DNA of 63,382 nucleotides from Chlorokybus atmophyticus (taxonomy: Eukaryota > Plantae > Mesostigma and Chlorokybus algae). The stretch's first letter is position 1. Every line of letters begins with the position of its first letter. This document shows positions 1 through 9,539 of this stretch, one piece after another. A program made the translations under genes and the position numbers. The stretch spans positions 469,053 to 532,434 of the forward strand of contig RHPI01001168.1 in assembly GCA_009103225.1 (NCBI GenBank), in the 5' to 3' direction. The notes below the pieces were generated by a model. It saw only the letters and a list, made by a program, of their open reading frames with translations. It was not told the origin of the DNA and did no database searches.

Positions 1-29
1 CCCCCCCCCCCCCCCCCCCCCCCCCCCCC
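1..29. repeat. poly-C run at window start
   Basis: 29 consecutive C; may be a contig-edge or sequencing artefact. Confidence 0.9.
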
Positions 30-209
30 GCGGACGAAAGAAATGAGGGTGGCTCATGTTTAAGCAGGGGGCTTTCGTTGTGAGTAAATACGGTATACGC
101 ATACCTTACTTACTCGAATGAAAACTTCGCTTTTATACCGCATATATGCACCACACGAACTTCGCTGTATGCACACACAGACATTGCGCAGTTATACACA
201 TACGCACGC

Positions 210-385
210 ACGTGCATGTGCACGCGCATGCATGCGTGGTATAAGCAAGAGCGTAGTAGCTGAGTAGGTATATAATGTGTATATACATATATATATGTAA
301 ATACGTGCATGTGCACGCGCATGCCTGCGTGGTATAAGCAAGAGCGTAGCAGCTGAGTAGATATATAATGTATATGTACACATAC

Positions 386-395
<10 letters not shown>
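210..395. repeat. 93-bp tandem duplication
   Basis: ACGTGCATGTGCACGCGCATG...GTATAAGCAAGAGCGTAG starts at 210 and again at 303. Confidence 0.9.
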
Positions 396-440
<45 letters not shown>

Positions 441-444
441 CGTG

Positions 445-497
<53 letters not shown>

Positions 498-545
498 TAC
501 TTATCTACAGTATGGAGCACACACACACACACATGTATATATATA
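395..545. repeat. (TG)n microsatellite followed by short (CA)/(TA) runs
   Basis: About 50 TG units at 395-496 with a few CG interruptions; explains the spurious CVCV/HTHT ORFs. Confidence 0.95.
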
Positions 546-1778
546 GAGCTTGTTAAGAACGCACATGTACATTGCAGGTTGCTTGAAAATGCACAGCCAA
601 TAATAGATAGCTATGAATGGTGCGCAGCCGAGCAATGACACATGCAGAGTATGCAACAAAAAACAGCCAGGCCACATTATCAGATGCAAGTGAACATGCA
701 AGTGCCCTTGGTTGCGCACGCACTAGTATGGCATATATGCGAGCGCGCACACGTGAGACATGGACTGCTCATGCACCGAACAGTCACATGGTGAGTTTAT
801 CCATGAAATATGTGGAAGTTACAGCGCTAATGACTTATTGTGCGATGTTAAAATTTATGATTTTTGTCAGCGGTGACCCTCGACACCCACTTCTCTCTCG
901 CACTGCATAAGGCAGAGATCCTGATGGTGCCTCAATTACTCAACCTGCTTTCAAACTGCCAGCAACACGCTCTACCCACCGGGACGCAGTCCCTATGTCG
1001 GCGGGCTGCGCAAACAGCCGACTACTAGCATGGGCCTCGACCAATCAGGACGCAGTCCCCAAGGCGGCGGGCCGTGTTGACAGCGGACTTAGGCGAAGCC
1101 CGCAGCAAGCGTTGGCAGTGAGTTGCAAGTAGACGGACTGGAGCAGAAGTAGCGATGGCACCGCCCGAGACTGACTACGTTAGCCCACCTTGGAGCTGAC
1201 GAGCGCCCAAGGTTCGGTAAGGTAGAGCTCCGCAGTAAAAGTAGTTCAGCGATAGTTGTGTACGTGCTGTCAGCGAACCCAGCTATTCCAAGCGGCAGTT
1301 GTTTACAGTTGCACTTGCCTTTGCCCGTACACTTATAAGTGTACACTCTTTGTTCCCATGCTTGTGGCCATCGCATTTGCTACTTGCACACTGCATCATT
1401 TATGCACTGCTGCTTGCTCGCACCCCACTCACTGTTCAATTGTGACTATGCTTGCTCGCACTTGCACACTTGGTGCTGGTAGTGTGTGATCTCCTCTCAC
1501 TTGGTTACACATCCCCGCACACATACACTGCGTGACTGCTGTGTGCATTCTCCAAGCGTCCTTGCTCGGGAGCTTGTTGAATAACTACTACCACATAAAG
1601 CTTAAGAGACCATACAGTTTGTTTTCCTCTCCTCTGTCTCCTGCACGTACTACGCCACCAATAGCACATTGCTACTACAGCTCTCCCTGCGTTGCGACCC
1701 GCACGCTGCCCTGCAGCATTTCAACTCTCAACACTTGTGCACTTTCGTGCACACACCCCACTGCGAAACATACCCCGC

Positions 1779-2330
1779 AGGTGAGGCCTCCCTTGCACGA
1801 CATGTTCATATCAACGTGATTGAACAATTCCATGAGGACTTTTTTGAAACAAGTAGCACTAAGTTTTTTTTTTAATTGTATGTATAACTGTATAACAAGT
1901 GAGTGAAGCTTGGCGTTCATCAAGAATTTACGAAACGCCCTTGATGATAAGGCCTATTGGTATGTTGCTGAAGATCTTAAACTTGTGAACGTTCGCTGCA
2001 CGCATCTCGAGCATTGTCTCCGTACACAACCATGTGCAGCACACAGTTTATTTCGCTGCATGCAACATGCCAAGAGAAGGACCTTGACATATCTGAACTG
2101 TGTAAGGTCAATCGGGCGGACGCAAACGATGCGGCTGTGGAGGGGGCAAAAGAGTCGCAACCTGAGAGATTCGAACTCTCGCGGGAAGATCCCATGTACT
2201 TAGCAGGCACACGCCTTAACCACTCGGCCAAAGTTGCTTTGGGACAAACCACCATGATAGACCTGGCGGTCGCACGTAATATGTACATATTACCACATGT
2301 CGCGCTCATGCCGACCACCAGCGCTGATCT
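1779..2330 (+). other. unresolved coding-like segments upstream of the DUF89 gene
   Basis: Open stretches (LAFIKNLRNALDDKAYWYVAEDLKLV; EKDLDISELCKVNRADAND) lie near plausible splice acceptors. I recognise no family and cannot build a consistent model. Confidence 0.25.
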
Positions 2331-2335
2331 ACCTC

Positions 2336-4619
2336 ATGGCGACGGTGTTTGCCGGCGGCAATGCCGCCAACACCAGCAATGCACTGGGAGGACAAGAGCA
2401 CACTGTTGGCAACTCTTTCTGTGGGCCTCTGCGGCAGCTGGTTGCAAACGGGTACCACCCCGCCACCATCGCCTACATTGATGCTGACACTGGCAAACCG
2501 GTGCAGCTGTGGATCGACATCTTCCGGCGGAGCATTCCGGCCTTTAGGTATCAGTTGTATGCATGTCATATAGGCATTGTACTTGCAATGCATTTATCAC
2601 TCCCCAGTAAAGATCATGCAAGGCAGTTCATCAACACGCCAGGTGACATTGGTGCAAGCTGACCGTGTCATATGCCGCTCTCAAGTGTTTACGGCGTGCT
2701 ACGCAAACAGCTTGTCACCTCAACGGATGTCTGTTGTTGGCACAGTCCTTTACATGGGTTGCTAAAGTACATGCGCACATGCAGACGTTGGATAATTTCT
2801 GATAGCGTACCAATGATGCATGCAGGGCGCGGGCAGCTGCGGATGCTTCAGTGCCAGATGCAGGAAGGCTTGCGGATCAGTTTGCCATCAAGTGAGTGAT
2901 CAGCACACACACATAGTGCATTGGCAGCTTACCAGGGAGTGTCGCATGTTGCTGTGACTTGACAAGCTGCACTCGGCAGTTATGACAATATCATGCAAAG
3001 AGTCGAAAAGGATCCCCTTGCTTACGGAGAGCTGAACTGCATGGTACGGTACGCAAAGCATTTATACTGCTTGTGTGTATTCAATGTGATGACGACAAGA
3101 TTGCAATACTGGCACAATATATGCAGGCGTTGTGTGCACTAAGAGATAACTGCTTGAGAGACCTTGGCTTCCGTGACATCTTTGCTGTCGTCAAGGCAAG
3201 TCTGGAGGTGCAAGTGACTTTATGTCCCTTTTGCAAGCTGCATGCAGCTAAACAGCTATGACTTATGGCAGGCGGCGGAGAATGCTACGAGTCTCGAGCT
3301 CCTCAGTGGCGTCCTTTGCGAGGTGGACGCTGTGAGTGACGAGGGCGAACGCATACGCAACCTCGTGCGCGGTGTTTTCGCGGGGAATGTCTTTGACCTT
3401 GGCACCCCGGAGGTCCGTTGCAAAGACGTGACAACTGTGCATGTGGGCAAGTGTGCGTTGGGGTTGAGCGAATTGCTTGTTGTCTCGCGCGTGTGCTGTA
3501 ACAACTCGTGGTTACTAATGTCTTGAGGCTAGACTACTGTTGTCCGCAGTACGAAGATGTTGGTTTATATTGTCAGCATGTATCATACCAAGTTTCATGT
3601 GACAAACCATGCTGCATGGTTGCAGACAGCAGCATGGTTTGAGTCAGGAGCATTCTCCTTCGCGGACCAGCTCGGCAAGCTGTTGGCGCGGCCATGGCTG
3701 TACGACGATCTTGACATCTTCGCCCAGCATTGGCAGACCGCTGCACACTACCGAGAAGTGTGTACTTGTGCGGAGTTTAGTAGTGGGGAGCATGGCACAG
3801 TTCTCACCGCAAAACGCCCATCGTCGCAGGTCGTTATGTTTGTGGATAATGCTGGCGCTGATGTGGTGTTGGGGATGATCCCTCTGGCGCGAGAGTTTCT
3901 TAGGAAAGGCACCAAGGTACAGCGCTTGCTGTTCAGCTGATTGGCAGGAAAACGTTGTGTTTGCCCACAGCGGTTTGGAAACAGGTGATACTGGCGGCGA
4001 ACGCAGTGCCTTCCCTCAATGACATCACGCACGAGGAGCTTGTTGGCATACTGCAGATGGTGCGTAACATTGACAATGTCATCGCACGCGCCTTGGACGA
4101 AGAAACTCTCAGATGTATATCCAGCGGAAGCGACATGCCGGTGCGGGACTGCGGGCTGACTGCCACAACCATTGCTGGAATGTCTGCACCTATGCTTTAG
4201 AGAGTGCACCAGTATGTGTGTTTATTTTGGGCAGGTTCTGGATTTCAGACGGATTTCAAGTGAGCTTGTGGAGGCAGCTGGTGAAGCGGACCTTATCATT
4301 GTAGAAGGAATGGTAAGCTTTATTCTCAGTGCGCTGACCAAATGCTTGCCCATGCCAACCTTTTGCGTCACACCACATCAATGGCTGCAGGGTCGTTCCA
4401 TAGAAACCAATCTGTACGCGAAGTTCACCTGCGACAGTCTCAAGCTTGGCATGGTATGTTCCAACACCCAATTTCCACATGTTGTGCAATGCCATCGGCT
4501 TGTAGCGCACCGCATCAAATCATTGCTTAACGCAGGTGAAGCATCAGGAGGTGGCGGATGCGCTCAGGGGCCGCATGTACGATTGTGTATGCAAGTTTGA
4601 TCGGTCCTCCACCAAGTGA
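2336..4619 (+). CDS. DUF89/ARMT1-like damage-control phosphatase, At2g17340-like (PANK2 C-terminal-domain family), about 12 exons
   Basis: Manually spliced exons give WIDIFRRSIPAF, VPDA, LCALRDNCLRDLGFRDIF, LVRGVFAGNVFDLG, RPWLYDDL, FVDNAGADVVLGMIPLARE, ANAVPSLNDIT, EGMGRSIETNLYAKFTCDSLKLGMVKH, GRMYDCVCKF and a TGA at 4617-4619. These are collinear with Arabidopsis At2g17340 as I recall it. The start at ATG 2336 is tentative. Confidence 0.92.
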
Positions 4620-4826
4620 TGTGCTGACAAGCGCCATTCAGTTAAACTGAGAGGAGCTAGTGTTTAAAAGGTATTCTTGATTCTTGGTTCTAGCACACTC
4701 TGCTTGGTAGTGGATTGCACATTACATATCTTTCGTGGCCGCACGTATGTGGAAAGCAGCTGACCGGCAAAGGCAGCATGCATGGAAGCAGGCAACAATG
4801 CAATGCAGCACACCTAACCGACAGCA

Positions 4827-7030
4827 GCGACATGGGGGTTGTTATGATAGCGCTTCTGCCGGTGGTTCATGCAGTGGCTGGGTATCCCACCTGGGCGCAG
4901 GGCAAAGAATCGTTCTCAATTCAGAAACGTGAGATTTCATGACACTTTAATGTAGTGTTAGAAGATGTGAAGCGGGCGAGCTGGGAAGGTCTGCAGCTCA
5001 TCGACCCGAATGGCATTGAGCGTCGTGTGTTTCTCGCGCTTGCTAACTACATCAGCGACTTGCAGGTAGTGGGCATGCATGGTTGTAACCGGATGCAGCC
5101 TGCTGGCAAACAGTGCATGGAGGATGTTGTCAGTGGAGCATTTGAGTTTGTTGTGTTGCAGGAGACTGCCACACTCGCACGCACTGTGTCGGGCAACAAA
5201 ATATGACATCCTTGCGATGTTTATCTCGTTATTAAATCAGATCTGTGAGAGATGCATGAGGACTGGGAATTGAGAACCGAGGCTTTCGACACAACAGCAA
5301 TTACGTCAGTTGCGGGCGGACCTGTATAGCGGTGTTAGGAATGCACGCCAGACAGCCAAGGCTCTCCATGCATGTCGAGGAGGTAATGCTCAAATTATCG
5401 GCATTCGTGAGGATGAATGGCTTTCAGTGAAACCATGCAATGTGGTTTGGCAACCAAAAGCATTGTGGGGTTGGCGACGGTCGCATGTGCCGGGAGCTGA
5501 CTGCTACTGTCGTCTTGCCCCTGACGCAATGCATGTGCTGAGAGGCATCATTGACCACCTGCTTGCTGCTGTGTACGACGCATTCGTTCCTTCGCAGCGT
5601 CGCAGGTGCCGGGAGCTGACTACTACTCTCGTCTTGCCCCTGACGCAATTCATGTGCTGGGAGGCATCATTAACCACATGCTTGCTGCTGTATACGACGC
5701 TTCGAAGGAACGAATGCGTCTATCCACGAGACAGCTTCTGCAGGCCAGGCACGTCTTTGGTGTTGGTTTTTTTTTTGAACACAAAAGCCAACAACACGTG
5801 CTCACAAGCAGATGTGCACAGGCTCAATGCATGCAAGGCGTCTCTACGGGTTTTGCACTTCAAGGCACCCACAAGGACAGTAGATTTCTTCCTGTCCAAC
5901 CACTCCTTTCAGGTGGTGGGAAAAGTGGCGGTGCTGTAGCTGCTGCCGGTCCTTACGGACGGTTTGCTGCTCGACAGTGAGAGCGACGATTTCTTCACCA
6001 TTGTTGCCACATTGCTTGCCCAGTGGAACAAAAGGTTGCTCAAGGCGCATGAACACACAACAGAGACCCTGACCACAGCCGACAACGAGCTGGCTGCCTT
6101 CAAAGCTGCAGTGTTGCATCCGATACTGTCGTCATATTCTGCACAAAAGTCAGGTCGGAAGATCGAGAGGATGTTTCGGCTCACTTATTTTGGGCCGGCA
6201 ATTGTTAGCAGTGGAAATTCAGATTGGTTCAGCGCCAACCGCTTGAAGCAAACGCACGCCCAAAATATCAAAAGGTGGGCGCGTGGTGGCAACAACCGGG
6301 ACTTCTAGGCGCGTATCTTGAAGGCATGGAGCTGTGCAGAATATGTGAGAGAGGATGGCATGGTTGTGGATCACGAGATGCGCTCGGTCATGGCGCAGGC
6401 GCGGCAGCAGTGATGTAATGTAATGAAAAAGACGGACAGATTGCTACGGATGGATGTGCTGACAAGGAGGGAGTCCAGCCCGTATTAGAGCTAATCTGTG
6501 CGTAGCCGCCAAGTCGCCCTGAAGACTCCATTCGCCAACAAGCTGCCTGCCACCCTAGACAGCTGGTTGAGGAGGGAACAACTGGAGCTGACCAACGGGT
6601 GGCGTGCTGTTCGCGTGGTGAACGGAGGCGCAGCGGTGTACATGACATCAGGAGTCAGCATGGCGCGCGCAACTGGGATGTTCCATGGGCGGCCTTGATT
6701 CTCTACACTTGAGTTAGAAGGTGATGAGGACGGTGCGAACATGACGTGGTGGGCTTAGGCACTCCTTTTTTTGTGCGTGGTCGTGTGGGGTGGTAGCGGC
6801 GAGCGTGTGTGGAAGGAGGTTGTGTTTGTCTGCTGGTACATGAAGCAGGATGTGACGAGCGACACAAAGTGCATCGCTCTGGAATGGGAAAAGCGTCGGG
6901 GGGGTCCACATCTCGATGTCGTGACTCTGGAGCAAATAAAAGGCATTGTCCAGCTGCTCCCCATGTTTGACAAGGACAGTGCCCGTGTACAAGAGGGCAA
7001 GTATTAGGTGAACGTTCACTGCACTGTCAC
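4827..7030 (+). pseudogene. Plavaka-type (EnSpm/CACTA-like) transposase, copy 1; 5'-truncated, with frameshifts and premature stops
   Basis: IALLPVV...REIFHD.LNVVL.DVKRASWEGLQLIDPNGIERRVF.ALANYISD, HPCD, LAPDAMH, K.F.LTHF...AN..KQTHAQNIK and a C-terminal IKGIVQLLPMF...KY*VN. Nucleotide-collinear with 61500-63382. Confidence 0.85.
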
Positions 7031-7237
7031 GTAACACATGTACTTGTCTCACTACTCTGAGTTTGGAGCATATCAGTCAGTAAGGCATTACTAATCGTAC
7101 GCTAAGACTTCTGCATGTGGACGTGTACAATACCGGGCAGCTGTTACTGCACAACTGTCACTGCAATCGAATGTGCTATGCAACATTTAACGATCAGTCC
7201 GCCGTGTGGCATTAAGCATCAATACAGTGCACCACAC

Positions 7238-8965
7238 TCAAGCCTTATAGTTCCATGATACAGGAGGGTAGTCATAGCGCATATCCATTGTTTCAAGCAT
7301 GAGACGCCCTATGCACTCCGTTATTGCGGGAGGAACTGCATTCGCTATGGTAACGACCGAGGTCATCCATGGCACTCCCAGCGCTGTTCGCCATGCAGCA
7401 ATGCCGCCTCTGGTGCTTGGAAGGCCATAGACCGGGTACATTTGCTGTGGCGCGTTTAATGTCACAATTGTCTTCTTCGCGCTAGCGGACAGGTGCGGCA
7501 ATAGCAGTCCAACCGCCTTGCCCGCGTGCGAGCAGCGTGCTGGCGGGGTAGCTACCACTGGCTGTGTGCAAAACAGACGGTGTCGAAAAGTTGATAGGCC
7601 AAACATCGTGCCACAAATAGACAGATTGGGTTTGAATGAGGAAGCTGCTCCTGGCACATTCTCAATTACAAACTTGACTTGGCTTGCAAGCAGCAGATGT
7701 TGGACGAGCGGTATCATATCCTGGTGTCTCCAGGATGTGCCATGTGCCGCCCGTTGAGGTGCCAGAATAGCATCTGAATAGGCCTTGCATGGTGGACTGG
7801 CCCATATGAGCTCGTACTCGCTCAGCTCTCCTGCACTCAGAGTGCATACATCGCGGTGTATCAAGGGCAGCCGGTACTCAGAGGAGGGACTTATGTCCAT
7901 CCCGATCACGTCAAAGCCTGCGTGATATAGACCGACACTGGCACCGCCACCGTCGCAGAATAGGTCAAGTGGCCTTGGTCTGCGTGTGCGTCCAAGCTTG
8001 TTGTCAAATGGCGTGTATGTGGTCAAGGCTGATCGTGGTGCTGGTCAGGGACTAACAATGATGCCGTCTGGGCGTACTTTACGACTGACGTTCTCCCCTC
8101 CGGCGCGCAGATTATAGCGTGCCCCGTCAACTGATGTGTACGCGAATACGTTGTGCCCTTTGAAGTTGATGGTCTGTGGTCGATGACCGTCATCGAATAC
8201 TATACGGTGCTGCCCTGCACAGACATTTCCATTGCACCATGCATATATAATCAGTCCTTGATCTCGCACGCCACGAAGCGATGCTGACCTGACGCTTGCT
8301 TGAATGATTCCACAACGCCCGCATACCACTCTCCATCCAGCGGCCAATGCACCATGACATTCACACCGATCAGCTGCTCGCATCCCAACTTAACTGCGTT
8401 CCGCAGCTGAAGCAGTGCGCTGTTCAACGGTCGATGGTCTGCCGCCTCTACAGCGGCCAGGGGTAGGATCTGCCCACGCCCACATCGTGGAAGACTGCTC
8501 TAAATGCGACAGCAGCTTCAACATGCATGAAATAAGCATACGCCCAACATAACATGCAGTGATACGTCGCGGTCCACTCTGCCAAATTACCTCCACAGCA
8601 TCCACCACATGTCCACTAAACACATGTCCCAGTGTTGTCCATGTGAAGAAGCGCATGAAGCCCCTCGCCACTCGAAGCATGAGCGCGAGCACGATTCGCA
8701 CACGCACTGCACGCAATGGAAAAACTCGGGTTCCTTGCACAGCACTTTGCCGAGGCGGCAGCTAAACACATCGACATTGTGTGTGGTGTGATGCCAGCAA
8801 GCAGCATTAAAATCGTGGCACCCTGTCTGCACTCGCTGGCATTAGGTCAAGTGTGCTCGCATTTGCTGCCTACGATCATTGGCACATATGTACGCATTGC
8901 ATTGTGGGCACACCAAGCATGGTCTCCTAGGTATGGGGGATTCAACTGCTGCCGCCAACATCATG
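7238..8965 (-). pseudogene. spliced gene: Cys-rich region + Tudor-like domain + phage/bacterial-type C5 cytosine DNA methyltransferase
   Basis: MTase motifs: I LDLFCDGGGAS, IV WASPPC, VI IENVPG, VIII RHRLF, X ANAVPPAITECIG. The upstream ORF 8045-8383 is in the same frame as the MTase ORF, separated only by one TGA. Removing a GT-AG intron (8288-8215) gives LIGVNVMVHWPLDGEWYAGVVESFKQASGQHRIVFDDG, which is Tudor-like. Further upstream are CLVCPQC...RAHL and a Cys-rich exon. Confidence 0.8.
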
Positions 8966-9082
8966 CAAAGTAGGAATCGGCACGGCTGCCCACAACTGAG
9001 CGAGACTTTAGGGTATGGGCATCAATTTGGGGTTGCCAGCTTACGAACCCTACATGGGTCACACTTCAAGTGAAGCACGACT

Positions 9083-9190
9083 ATACCATGGACGATATTG
9101 CAGTACCATGCATGCATACTACATCAACATGAATGGTACTCCATATGTCAATGGTACTACGATACAAGGATACTCGCATACTACCACGAT
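9083..9190. promoter_or_regulatory. GTACCAT/ATGGTAC motif cluster upstream of the Tudor-MTase gene
   Basis: GTACCATG near 9103 and two AATGGTAC near 9132 and 9150. The same motif recurs at 13540-13615, 18585 and 60104-60304. Function is inferred. Confidence 0.4.
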
Positions 9191-9539
9191 CGTAGAGTAA
9201 TACTGTGCTGTTTGTCCATAGAACCCAGAGCGCTGTCCGAGTTTGTTGCTGTCAACCATGCTCTGAACTAGTGAGGTATGCAAGCCATGCACTGACTCAT
9301 GCGCCGGGCAGTCATCATACACATGTACAGCCATGCTTCTGACAACAGCAGATCTCGGGTGCATCATGCACCATGCTGCAACTATACATGTATTTACATG
9401 GTTCATAGGAAGCCAACACAAAACTACAATACATGCACAATTGTCATCAAGGCGGGGGCCAAATCACCGTTGACACGTTGGCGTCTTGCATCAGGCGTGA
9501 CTACCAAAACGGGTGAGGTTGCTTGCAGAAGGGACACGT

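Noticed and set aside
110-556. ORFs rich in HT/CV/YI repeats (also 52839-54139 and 41151-42519)
   Set aside because: They are translations of dinucleotide microsatellites and low-complexity DNA.
1910-2330. N-terminal pantothenate kinase domain fused to DUF89 (PANK2)
   Set aside because: No kinase motifs are recognisable, and the DUF89 part matches the stand-alone At2g17340 type.
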